DNA from: Bacilli bacterium
GTDB lineage: Bacteria; Bacillota_I; Bacilli_A; ML615J-28; CAG-698
Assembly (NCBI GenBank): GCA_050953045.1
Contig: JBMNLY010000002.1
Location: 596,667 to 660,666, forward strand
Length of the DNA stretch: 64,000 bases
Direction of reading: 5' to 3'
Numbering within the stretch: the stretch's first letter is position 1; the number at the start of each line of letters is the position of its first letter. The position numbers and the translations under genes were made by a program. Below the pieces are notes generated by a model. That model did not search any database, was not told where the DNA came from, and worked only from the letters and a program-made list of their open reading frames with translations. Below, in pieces: positions 17,677 to 26,883 of this stretch.

Positions 17677-18481
17677 AAATTTACATACCTATGTTGAAAC
17701 TGCTGAAATTTTAAAAGGTGTTAATTTAGAAATCAAGACTGGAGAAGTTCATGCCATTATGGGCCCGAATGGAACCGGGAAATCAACTTTAGCAGCAACA
17801 ATCATGGGTCATTATAAATATAATGTTACTGAGGGCGAAATCTGGCTTGATGATGAAAATGTACTAGAAATGGCCGTTGACGAAAGAAGCCGGAAAGGCA
17901 TATTTCTTGCCATGCAATATCCTTATGAGATCTCAGGAATTACAAATTCCGACTTTATTAAAGCAGCAATGCAATCCAGGCTTGCTGAGGGTGAGCATAT
18001 TTCATTGTTTAAATTTATCCGTAAATTTGAACAAGCCGTAAAAGACTTAAAGATGAACAATGATCTACCGCATCGTTATTTGAACGAAGGCTTTTCTGGT
18101 GGCGAAAAGAAACGGAATGAAATTTTACAAATGAAGATGTTAGAACCCGCTTTCGCAATCCTCGATGAGGTTGATTCCGGCCTGGATATTGATGCTTTAA
18201 AAATTGTCGGCGAAAACATAAATAAAATGCGAGGACCTAATTTTGGCGCCTTAGTAATCACACATTATCAGAGATTTTTAGATTATGTTGATGTTGATTA
18301 TGTCCATATTATGATGGACGGAAGAATTGTTCGTTCGGGGGGACGGGAATTGATTGAGAAAATCGATTCGGAAGGATACGACTGGCTGAAGATTGAATTA
18401 GGATTGGAAGAAACGACTCTAGACCCGAAAGCCCGTGTGGTTTTAGGAGAATGTGCTTTTAAGAAAACTAAGGAGAATTGA
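17657..18481 (+). CDS. sufC: Fe-S cluster assembly ATPase SufC.
   Basis: Walker A GPNGTGKST, ABC signature FSGGEKKR, Walker B ILDEVDSGLD. ATG at 17657 after GGAG. Overlaps the apbE 3' end by 20 nt. Confidence 0.9.
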   Translation: MRTLKIKNLHTYVETAEILKGVNLEIKTGEVHAIMGPNGTGKSTLAATIMGHYKYNVTEGEIWLDDENVLEMAVDERSRKGIFLAMQYPYEISGITNSDFIKAAMQSRLAEGEHISLFKFIRKFEQAVKDLKMNNDLPHRYLNEGFSGGEKKRNEILQMKMLEPAFAILDEVDSGLDIDALKIVGENINKMRGPNFGALVITHYQRFLDYVDVDYVHIMMDGRIVRSGGRELIEKIDSEGYDWLKIELGLEETTLDPKARVVLGECAFKKTKEN

Positions 18482-19371
18482 TGATGAATATTAATTTTAA
18501 AGACATCATCGGTCCTCAAGATGAGTATTTAATTATTGAAGATGGGGTCGTATCCGCTTACTCTTCCGGAATTTCTAATTTCTTAATTGAGAAGGATCTT
18601 AATTTAAAAATAATATATTATTTTACTCGTGACACTGAAATCGAATTTCAAATATCAGAAGGCGTAAAAGTAAATATTACTGAGTTAATATTTGATGTCG
18701 CCTCGGAAGCGGATATCAATCTAAAATATTCAGTAGAAGCCGGAGCGGAAGTAAATTTTTTGAGTGTAAAAAACAGCACTCAAAAAGGCAAAACCCGGAT
18801 AAATACAAATATTAGTTTAGCGAAAGATGCATATATTAAACTGAATGAACTTGCAAGTTTCCCCGGTGTTAGTGTACTGAATAATCGAATCTCTTTGGAT
18901 GAACCAGGTTCACAAGCAGTATTGAAGACAGTTGCTTTAAACACTTCGGGTGAAAAACAGATCCTTTCCGCAAATATCTTTCACAATTCCGAAGCGACCA
19001 CTTCCGAACTACAAAGTTATGGAATTGTTGCGAATTCATCAACTCTAATTATCAGCACCGACGGAATTATAAAAAAAGGTTCATCTAAGGTTGAATTAAG
19101 ACAGAATACTAAAGGTTTGGTTTTGGATGAAAATTCACACATCAGCGCAAGTCCTATCCTAGAAATTGAAGACTTTGATGTCATTGCTTCCCATGGAGCC
19201 TCTATCGGTGCCATTGACGAAGAAATGTTGTATTATTTGATGAGCCGCGGAATTTCTAGAAGCGATGCGGAAAAGTTGGTTATTTCCGGCTTTATTAATC
19301 CGTTTTTTGCTTCGATTAGCGAAGAAAAGCTTCAGGATTGGATTAGGTCATTAATTAATATTAATTTATAA
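18478..19371 (+). CDS. sufD: Fe-S cluster assembly protein SufD (short form).
   Basis: 297 aa. SufB/SufD C-terminal beta-helix and the LMSRGISRSDAEKLVISGF motif. Start overlaps the sufC stop (ATGA). Confidence 0.75.
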   Translation: MMMNINFKDIIGPQDEYLIIEDGVVSAYSSGISNFLIEKDLNLKIIYYFTRDTEIEFQISEGVKVNITELIFDVASEADINLKYSVEAGAEVNFLSVKNSTQKGKTRINTNISLAKDAYIKLNELASFPGVSVLNNRISLDEPGSQAVLKTVALNTSGEKQILSANIFHNSEATTSELQSYGIVANSSTLIISTDGIIKKGSSKVELRQNTKGLVLDENSHISASPILEIEDFDVIASHGASIGAIDEEMLYYLMSRGISRSDAEKLVISGFINPFFASISEEKLQDWIRSLININL

Positions 19372-19380
19372 GGAGAATTT

Positions 19381-20598
19381 ATGTTTGCTGTAAAGAAAAT
19401 AAGAGAATATTTTCCGATTTATAAAAAATACCCCAATCTGGTATACTTGGACAGCGGGGCTACATCTTTAAAACCACAACCGGTTTTGGATAAGATGAAT
19501 GAATATTATTCGGAGTACGGAGTCAATATTCATCGCGGTGTTTATGAATTAAGTTTTAAAGCTACCGATGAATATGATAAAGCACGCGAAAAAGTTGCTA
19601 AGTTCATCAATGCGAAACCGGATGAAATTATCTTTACCGCAAATGTTACTGATGCCTTAAACAAGCTTGCTTTGATGTATGCCAAGGATAATATTAAAAC
19701 AGGAGACGTTGTTTTGACTTCGGAACTAGAACACCATAGTTCACTACTTCCTTGGATGAAAATTTGCGAAGAAAAACAAGCTGAACTGCGTTATATTCCT
19801 TTAAATAGAGAAGGAAGAATTACAGTTGAAAATTTTAATAAGTCCTTGGATGAAAAGGTAAAAGTCGTTGCTTTAACCTATGTTTCCAATGTTATGGGGT
19901 ACCGGACTCCGCTTGAAGAGATTATTCCTCTTGCTCATCAAAACAAGAGCGTCGTGATTGTTGATGCGGCGCAGGCGGTTCATCACTTTAAGGTGGATGT
20001 TAAAGCACTTGATTGCGATTTTCTTGCCTTTTCTGGTCATAAAATGTTAGGACCGACGGGAATTGGTGTCTTATATGGCAAGAAACGACTATTAAAAACA
20101 TTAGCCCCCGTTTTTTACGGCGGTGATATGAATCAGGATGTTTATGTTGATCATGTAGAGATAAAGGAAGTTCCTTATTGTTTTGAAGCGGGAACGCCAC
20201 CAATTGCGGAAGCGCTCGGTCTTGGTCGTGCCATTGATTTTTTGGAAGAAATCGGACTTGAGAATATTGAAGCCCATTGCCAAGAAATATATGAGTATAC
20301 ACTGGAAAAGCTTTCCAAAATTAAAGGAATTACTGTTTATAATAAAACTGCAGACATTCCGATTATTACTTTCAATGTAAACGGCGTTCATCCTCATGAT
20401 GCTGCAACCTGTTTCGATCAGAACGAAATTTGCATTAGGGCAGGTCATCACTGTGCTCAGCTTGTGAGTAAATTCTTAAAATGCACCGGAACACTTAGAG
20501 CTTCAATTTATCTATATAATGATAAAAGCGATATTGATAGATTTGTTGATACACTTCAAAAAACGATTGAATTGTTTCGTAAATTGGATGGTGAATAA
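19381..20598 (+). CDS. sufS: Cysteine desulfurase SufS (class II).
   Basis: 405 aa. Aminotransferase class V fold. SGHKMLGPTGIG (PLP-binding Lys) and active-site Cys loop RAGHHCAQ. Confidence 0.9.
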   Translation: MFAVKKIREYFPIYKKYPNLVYLDSGATSLKPQPVLDKMNEYYSEYGVNIHRGVYELSFKATDEYDKAREKVAKFINAKPDEIIFTANVTDALNKLALMYAKDNIKTGDVVLTSELEHHSSLLPWMKICEEKQAELRYIPLNREGRITVENFNKSLDEKVKVVALTYVSNVMGYRTPLEEIIPLAHQNKSVVIVDAAQAVHHFKVDVKALDCDFLAFSGHKMLGPTGIGVLYGKKRLLKTLAPVFYGGDMNQDVYVDHVEIKEVPYCFEAGTPPIAEALGLGRAIDFLEEIGLENIEAHCQEIYEYTLEKLSKIKGITVYNKTADIPIITFNVNGVHPHDAATCFDQNEICIRAGHHCAQLVSKFLKCTGTLRASIYLYNDKSDIDRFVDTLQKTIELFRKLDGE

Positions 20599-21026
20599 TG
20601 AATAACTTAGAAAATCTATACAGGCAGGTCATTATGGACCATTATAAAAATCCTCGCCGCAAAGGCCTGAAGGGTTATCCCCAGATTCAATTAAAAAATC
20701 CTTCCTGTGGGGATGATATTATAATTGAAGCAAAAATTGTTGCGGGAATGGTAGAAGAAATTAATCATGAAGGTTCCGGATGTTCAATCTGTTGTTCTTC
20801 CGCAAGTGTGCTTTCGGAAACATTAAGCGGCAAAAGCGTTGAAAAAGATTTAGATTTAATCGATAAATTTTATAGAATGATCAAAGGTGAAGAGGTGGAA
20901 GATCTAGAAGACCTTGAAGAAGCATTGGTTTATCAAGGTGTGTCCCAGTTTCCCGCCCGCATTAAATGTGCTACCTTACCTTGGAAAGCCTTAGAAAGAC
21001 TTCTTGAAGGAGAAAGCGATGAATGA
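20598..21026 (+). CDS. sufU: Zn-dependent sulfur-transfer scaffold SufU (NifU/IscU-like).
   Basis: 142 aa. Conserved [17 protein letters not shown] and C-terminal Cys/Asp ligands. TAATG overlap with sufS. Confidence 0.85.
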   Translation: MNNLENLYRQVIMDHYKNPRRKGLKGYPQIQLKNPSCGDDIIIEAKIVAGMVEEINHEGSGCSICCSSASVLSETLSGKSVEKDLDLIDKFYRMIKGEEVEDLEDLEEALVYQGVSQFPARIKCATLPWKALERLLEGESDE

Positions 21027-22416
21027 TATTAATAAGATTATCACAGATTATAAATACGGTTTTAAGAGCGATGTAGAAGATGTCTATACTACCGGTAAGG
21101 GCTTGAATGAAGATGTGATTCGCTCCATTTCCAAATATAAAAAAGAACCAGATTGGATGCTGGAATTTAGGCTGAATGCTTATCGCAAATTTATGGAGAT
21201 GCCGATGCCTTCATTCGGGCCTAATCTGGATTTTATAGATTTTAATGATTATACTTATTATCGAAAAGCAACCGAAAATATTGGCACCACTTGGGATGAG
21301 GTTCCGGAAAAAATTAAGGAAACTTTTGAGAAAATTGGCATTCCGGAAGCAGAAAGAAAATTCTTAGCCGGTGTTTCGACACAGTTCGAATCTGAAGTTG
21401 TTTATCACAATACAATGGAAGAATTGAAACAACAAGGTGTCCTCTTTTGTGATACTGACACGGCATTAAAACTCTATCCAGAGATTTTTAAGAAATATTT
21501 CGGAACTGTCGTTCCTTATTACGACAATAAATTCGCGGCTTTGAACTCTGCGGTTTGGAGTGGAGGCACATTTATCTATGTTCCTAAGGGGGTAAAAATA
21601 TCGAAACCCCTCCAATCTTATTTCCGGATTAATTCCCAACAAATGGGACAATTTGAAAGAACTTTAATTATTGTTGATGACGAAGCTAGTTTGAATTATG
21701 TAGAAGGATGTACGGCGCCGATTTATTCCAAAGATTCACTCCATGCAGCGGTTGTGGAAATAATTGTTCTTGATGGCGCTTATTGCCGTTATACTACAAT
21801 TCAAAATTGGTCAAACAATATAATAAATTTGGTTACAAAAAGAACTACTGTTGCTGCAAACGGTCATATGGAGTGGATTGACGGCAATATTGGTTCAATG
21901 GTTAATATGAAATACCCAGCCTGTATTCTAAAAGGTGAAGGAGCGAAGGGAACAACAATTTCGATTGCGTTTGCGGGTGAAGGACAAATTCAGGACGCCG
22001 GCGCAAAAATGATTCATTTGGCTCCGCGAACAACGAGTACGATTGTTTCAAAATCAATTTGTCGGGGCGGCGGTAAAGTGAATTACCGGGGACTTGTGAA
22101 ATGTGGAGAGGCGTCGGAATATGCCCGCAGTCGCATTGAATGCGATACTATTATTTTAGATTCCGAATCAACAAGCGATACAATCCCTGTAAATATTGTA
22201 GAAAATCAAAAAGCCTTGATTGAACATGAAGCGACTGTTTCTAAAGTCAGCGACGATCAACTCTTTTATTTAATGAGCCGCGGGCTTACCGAAAGCCAGG
22301 CTTTAGAAATGATTGTTATGGGCTTTATCGAACCCTTTGCGAAAGAGTTGCCGATGGAATATGCGGTCGAGTTAAATAGATTGATTAAATTGGAAATGAT
22401 TGGTTCTATTGGCTAA
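21019..22416 (+). CDS. sufB: Fe-S cluster assembly protein SufB.
   Basis: About 465 aa. SufB family with C-terminal [28 protein letters not shown] ribosome-binding site before the ATG at 21019. Confidence 0.9.
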   Translation: MNDINKIITDYKYGFKSDVEDVYTTGKGLNEDVIRSISKYKKEPDWMLEFRLNAYRKFMEMPMPSFGPNLDFIDFNDYTYYRKATENIGTTWDEVPEKIKETFEKIGIPEAERKFLAGVSTQFESEVVYHNTMEELKQQGVLFCDTDTALKLYPEIFKKYFGTVVPYYDNKFAALNSAVWSGGTFIYVPKGVKISKPLQSYFRINSQQMGQFERTLIIVDDEASLNYVEGCTAPIYSKDSLHAAVVEIIVLDGAYCRYTTIQNWSNNIINLVTKRTTVAANGHMEWIDGNIGSMVNMKYPACILKGEGAKGTTISIAFAGEGQIQDAGAKMIHLAPRTTSTIVSKSICRGGGKVNYRGLVKCGEASEYARSRIECDTIILDSESTSDTIPVNIVENQKALIEHEATVSKVSDDQLFYLMSRGLTESQALEMIVMGFIEPFAKELPMEYAVELNRLIKLEMIGSIG

Positions 22417-22420
22417 TAGT

Positions 22421-22446
22421 GGCTGCCCTAGGGGCGGCTTTTTTCT
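22421..22446 (+). terminator. Rho-independent terminator of the suf operon.
   Basis: GGCTGCCCtaGGGGCGGCTTTTTTC, 5 nt after the sufB stop. Confidence 0.65.
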
Positions 22447-22497
22447 TTACAATCACCAAGAAATAGGTTATAATAGCAACTAATAGGAAGTGAAAAT

Positions 22498-23295
22498 ATG
22501 GCTTATCTATATCTTGAAAATATGGAATTTAAGGACTATCGTCTCAATCTTGTAATAGAAAACAAAGAAGTGGTTGGTGTATATTCCCGAAATAAAAAGC
22601 TTGTTTCCGAATTTTTAAGGGTGATTTCTGGAATTAATAAAACAAAATCATGCTTATATCAAGGCAAGGAAGTCTTCGACAATCGTGAATACTTTCAAAA
22701 TCGCATTTCGTTGGATTATGCTCACACTTATCTTTCTACATTAAGAATTGCTAATATCGAAGAAGCTTTAAAAAGTAAGTATAGTTTAAGTTTCAATAAA
22801 GAAAAATTCATTAAAATAGGAAGAGAACTTGATATTCGCGGAGAAACTGAGATTACTTTTCAATATAAATTTAGTCCCGCAGGCAATACTTTTGTAAATT
22901 ATGCCCTAACAGTGGCTTTGGAGAAACCGAATGTTATTATCGAAAATCCTACCCATGGTCTTAATTTAGCAGAAGACATTGAATACATTGTTTCAGGTAT
23001 TACTGATAAAAGTGTTTTTAATACTGCGATAATTGAACTTGACCGGCTACGTTTATTTAAGAATCGTTTGCAGAAGATCTTAATCTTTTCTGATTTTAAC
23101 AAAGCTTATTTTCTTGACCCGAAAACACAGCTTGTTATTATTCCAGAAGATATTGAAATTGATGAGCCCCTCTATACGACTGAGGAAGGGGTTATTGGTA
23201 TTTTGACTTATACAAAAGGGGAATTGAAAATACTGCAGAAGAATAAAATAGATTATAGGATAATTTCAATCTATGATTTAGAGGAATACCTATGA
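22498..23295 (+). CDS. Degenerate ABC-transporter ATPase-like protein (pseudo-ATPase).
   Basis: 265 aa with the ABC ATPase fold order. Walker A is replaced by VYSRNKKL, the signature by FSPAGNT, and Walker B by VIIENPTHGLN (no catalytic D-E). Translationally coupled to the downstream permease gene. Confidence 0.5.
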   Translation: MAYLYLENMEFKDYRLNLVIENKEVVGVYSRNKKLVSEFLRVISGINKTKSCLYQGKEVFDNREYFQNRISLDYAHTYLSTLRIANIEEALKSKYSLSFNKEKFIKIGRELDIRGETEITFQYKFSPAGNTFVNYALTVALEKPNVIIENPTHGLNLAEDIEYIVSGITDKSVFNTAIIELDRLRLFKNRLQKILIFSDFNKAYFLDPKTQLVIIPEDIEIDEPLYTTEEGVIGILTYTKGELKILQKNKIDYRIISIYDLEEYL

Positions 23296-23900
23296 AAAAG
23301 CACCATTTTACAAAGTTCATAAACAATGATTTTGTAAAGCTGGCGACGGTAATTATTGCTGCTGTCTTTTTGATTACGGTTTCAATTATTTTGTTTGATG
23401 ATATTCAGTTTGATAATCGCATTTTAATTTATGCAATTTTTGGAACCGTTGCATTAGCTGGTTTTCTTTACAGTTTTGCTTTAACTAGAAAAAATGTCTG
23501 GATTCGCTTAAGCTTCGGCATTACCAGAAAAGACATTTATAAAAATTATTTAAAGAACTCGCTAATTGCGCTTTTAGTTTCCATGTTTTTAGCGGCTTAT
23601 TATATGGTAATCTATAATCTGGTTTACTTTCATCGGGTTTCGATTACCGAAGTTTTTGATCTTCGTGAAGTTGTATTTTTACCGCTAATTTATTTGATTC
23701 TTTCTTTCTTAGGTTTTTTCCTTGGAATCTTTAAGATGAATCGAAATATCTTTTATTCATTCGCGGCTTTTATCATCGTTTGTGTAGTGTTGATAATTAT
23801 TTATTATACGATAACAAATTGGCTTAACTATACTTTGCTTGGTTTCGCAATTCTCTTTGGAGGTATTAATTATCTTCTTTTTATGAAATATAAATTATAA
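23292..23900 (+). CDS. Small polytopic membrane protein (ABC-2-type permease-like), partner of the upstream pseudo-ATPase.
   Basis: 202 aa with 5-6 predicted TM helices. ATGA overlap with the upstream gene. Confidence 0.45.
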   Translation: MKKHHFTKFINNDFVKLATVIIAAVFLITVSIILFDDIQFDNRILIYAIFGTVALAGFLYSFALTRKNVWIRLSFGITRKDIYKNYLKNSLIALLVSMFLAAYYMVIYNLVYFHRVSITEVFDLREVVFLPLIYLILSFLGFFLGIFKMNRNIFYSFAAFIIVCVVLIIIYYTITNWLNYTLLGFAILFGGINYLLFMKYKL

Positions 23901-23903
23901 AAG

Positions 23904-26009
23904 GTGAAGTTTATGGGAGAAGAACTGAAAAGAAATAAATACCTATATTTGACTGCATATTTTGGCTTAAACATCTTGATGTGTTATCTTTTAACCTCTA
24001 ATTTGATTCTCAAGGATTTAAGCCCTTTTCCGCGTGATTTTTTTATGTATGTTAACAGTCTTTTTGGCGATTTAGGTTTCCTTTTACTTTTTTTTGCGTT
24101 AGCAGTTTTAATCTTTAAAACTGATTATAGCCGGGCAAAATTCCTTATGATTGTTTCTGTTATTTTTGGAATTCTATTTTTAGGAATTTCCATCTACTTT
24201 CAGTATTACGGCATGTTTTTCTCCTTTTATAATCTGGCTACCTTTTCAGCAACCGGAGGGGGGCATGCGCTGGGATTTCTGCTTGGTTCACTTTGGACTT
24301 TATTAAAACAGGCTAATTACTTTTTTTTCTCTTCCGCAATCCTCATAATTATTCTTTTTATTGTTATTTTTTATCGTAAAAGAAAAGATGAATCTTTCCG
24401 AAAAGGATCCTTGATTTCCGGAATCAAGAGGGTTTATGTCGGTTTGGGTTTTTTTGTATTTGGAATCTTGATGATGACAAGCAGCCTTGGTGCTTATAAA
24501 GTTAATATTGAAAATACTTGGTATCAAGATAATGCAACACCTTTATACGGAACCGAAGCAGTCGGGCTTTTTAATTACTATGTTTATGATGCTTACAACT
24601 ATTACGTCCTTAGAAAAGAAGGTTATTCGGACGATATCATTGAAGTACTTAAGGAGAAGTTGGAAGATTACAAGAATCCGGAATATAAAAGTCCGATTGA
24701 CGACCGCGTTACTCTTAACAATGATTATGAAAATCTCTTTGCTGGAAAGAATTTGTTGTTGATTCAAGTTGAGTCCTTAAATAATTTTGTGATTGGACTT
24801 GAAATTGAAGTTGACGGCGAGTATGTAGAAGTAACACCGAATCTGAACAAACTGGTGAATAATTCGATTTATTTTAACAATCATTATACAACCGTCGGTA
24901 TCGGCAACACTTCGGATGCGGAATTTACAGCACTTACGGGGCTCTATCCACGGGGATACAACTATACTATTTATGAATATAATAATGTGGAATACCAGAC
25001 GCTTCCGAAGTTGTTTTCAAAAAAAGGTTATGGTACTTTTTCCATGCATGCCAATACCGGAGATTTCTATGACCGTTCTTCGCTCCATCCAAGACTCTAT
25101 GGTTTTGATTATCATATCGGAAAAGAGCAAATGGAAATCGATGAAAAAGATTTGATTCATAGTTGGCTTAACGATGAAGTGTTTTTAAAAAATGTTATTA
25201 ATTTAATGCAAGAAGAAAGCACCGACGGTCCGGTGTTTACCTTTGCGATTACTATTTCCTGTCATACGCCCTACAACGTGCCAGAAGAAAGAAAAAAGGA
25301 AGAGACGCTCTTTCCGGGGAAAGAAAATTTACTTCCGGAAAACTTTATTCTGAGCCGCAATTTTGCTCTTAATGAACAACTTGTCGGTTATCTTGAACAT
25401 GTCAGTTATACCGATTATGCATTAGGTAAGGCACTTGCATATCTTGAAGAAAGCGGCATGGCGGAAGATACTGTCGTTGTTCTTTATGGCGACCACGGTA
25501 GTGGTATCGTCGATGTCAGTCAGATGTTTTACGAAAATCCGGAACTCTTTAAAAATCCGGTCAATCCAAATATAACTTTAGAAGAAAACGAAATCTCCCG
25601 CAAGTTACTGGAAAGGAAAATGCTTGCTCAAGTGCCGATGATTATTTATGATCCTTCCGGCGCCAGTCATGAGATTCTTCCCCCACAAACAATTTCGCTT
25701 GTAAGGTCTCATAGTTCTATCAGCAGAACGCTTGCTAATTTATTTGGACTTGATCCCACTTATTATTTCGGAATAAACGCTTTGTCCGATACGCTTACTT
25801 TCGCCTATAATCCTCGGAATTTTGATATTTTTGCTGATGGGTTGATAATCTCAGGCCAGTCAATTGATTTCGTGATTGAAAAAGAGTATCAAGAATTTTA
25901 TGATTTGGAGAAGTTGGAAAAGGTTGTGGAGGCTTTTCGAAAACAAAAAGATTTCAACGATAAACTATTGAAATCAGAAATCTTTCCGAAAATAACGAAT
26001 AAAAGTTAA
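23904..26009 (+). CDS. ltaS: LTA synthase family protein (LtaS-like polyglycerol-phosphate transferase / sulfatase-fold).
   Basis: 701 aa. Five N-terminal TM helices plus an extracellular alkaline-phosphatase/sulfatase domain, with CHTPY and LYGDHG motifs typical of LtaS. Confidence 0.75.
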   Translation: MKFMGEELKRNKYLYLTAYFGLNILMCYLLTSNLILKDLSPFPRDFFMYVNSLFGDLGFLLLFFALAVLIFKTDYSRAKFLMIVSVIFGILFLGISIYFQYYGMFFSFYNLATFSATGGGHALGFLLGSLWTLLKQANYFFFSSAILIIILFIVIFYRKRKDESFRKGSLISGIKRVYVGLGFFVFGILMMTSSLGAYKVNIENTWYQDNATPLYGTEAVGLFNYYVYDAYNYYVLRKEGYSDDIIEVLKEKLEDYKNPEYKSPIDDRVTLNNDYENLFAGKNLLLIQVESLNNFVIGLEIEVDGEYVEVTPNLNKLVNNSIYFNNHYTTVGIGNTSDAEFTALTGLYPRGYNYTIYEYNNVEYQTLPKLFSKKGYGTFSMHANTGDFYDRSSLHPRLYGFDYHIGKEQMEIDEKDLIHSWLNDEVFLKNVINLMQEESTDGPVFTFAITISCHTPYNVPEERKKEETLFPGKENLLPENFILSRNFALNEQLVGYLEHVSYTDYALGKALAYLEESGMAEDTVVVLYGDHGSGIVDVSQMFYENPELFKNPVNPNITLEENEISRKLLERKMLAQVPMIIYDPSGASHEILPPQTISLVRSHSSISRTLANLFGLDPTYYFGINALSDTLTFAYNPRNFDIFADGLIISGQSIDFVIEKEYQEFYDLEKLEKVVEAFRKQKDFNDKLLKSEIFPKITNKS

Positions 26010-26028
26010 TTTGCTTTTATTCGTTTTT
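25998..26028 (+). terminator. Terminator overlapping the ltaS stop codon.
   Basis: AATAAAAGttaatttgCTTTTATTcgttttt. Confidence 0.5.
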
Positions 26029-26109
26029 ATATTACTTTATCTAAATTTAGAATTTTGGTATAATAATATTGAATCGTATACTTCTTTCTTGGGATTCATA
26101 TAATTAAGT

Positions 26110-26883
26110 ATGAATGTAAAGCACCTAGAATTAGATTTTGGAAAGATGTTTTATTATTTATCCGGCACGGGTAAAACAATTGTTTTCTTACATGGTTGGG
26201 GACAAAGTTCTGATGCATTCAAAAAGATTATTCCACATTTTGAAAATGATTACGCGGTTTTAAGAATTGACTTACCAGGTTTTGGTATGAGCTCTGATCC
26301 TCTTTATCCCTTGAGTCTTGATGATTATGTAGAAGGAGTCAGAAAATTATTTGCAGAGTTAAAGTTAGATAATCCGATAATCATCGCTCATTCATTCGGG
26401 GGCAGAATCGGAATCCGTTATGCAAGCAAATATCCTCTCAGTGCTTTAATCCTGGTTAGTTCCGCCGGAATCAGAAAACGAAGTTTATTTCGTTTTCTTA
26501 AAATCTATTTCTATAAAGTTAAAAAACTTATTTTTAAAATCATTTCCAAAGCAAAATATCAAAAGCTAATCAAAAATAGCGGCTCCCGAGATTTTCGCTT
26601 GGCATCCCCTGTAATGAAGTGGACGCTTTCGAAAGTTATTGCGGAAGATTTGAGGCGAGATTTAAAGAATGTAAACGCGAAAACATATTTATTTTGGGGA
26701 ATTCATGATCAAGAAACACCGTATGAAGATGCAATTTTAATGAAAAAGTTGCTTTTGGATGCGAAATTGATTCCTTTTTACGAAAGCGGACATTTTTGTT
26801 ATCTGGATGAGGAAAGAAAATTTATTAAGACATTAAAAAATATTTTATTAGAGGAAGATTTATGGAAACATTCAAGAACATAA
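26110..26883 (+). CDS. Alpha/beta-hydrolase fold esterase/lipase.
   Basis: 257 aa. HGWGQS oxyanion region and nucleophile-elbow AHSFGG (GxSxG). Extended -10 TGGTATAAT upstream. Confidence 0.7.
   Translation: MNVKHLELDFGKMFYYLSGTGKTIVFLHGWGQSSDAFKKIIPHFENDYAVLRIDLPGFGMSSDPLYPLSLDDYVEGVRKLFAELKLDNPIIIAHSFGGRIGIRYASKYPLSALILVSSAGIRKRSLFRFLKIYFYKVKKLIFKIISKAKYQKLIKNSGSRDFRLASPVMKWTLSKVIAEDLRRDLKNVNAKTYLFWGIHDQETPYEDAILMKKLLLDAKLIPFYESGHFCYLDEERKFIKTLKNILLEEDLWKHSRT

Noticed and set aside
20000-20451. Antisense ORFs of 100 aa and 116 aa inside sufS.
   Set aside because: They overlap a well-supported cysteine desulfurase gene and have no ribosome-binding sites or homology signatures. The same reasoning applies to the other 60-120-aa antisense or embedded ORFs in the track (for example 557-742, 3391-3854, 5987-6248, 12025-12288, 24303-24767, 28263-28520, 29422-29763, 32012-32435, 44217-44549, 48883-49351, 52905-53171, 57508-58106, 59058-59653, 60187-60471, 62719-63100).
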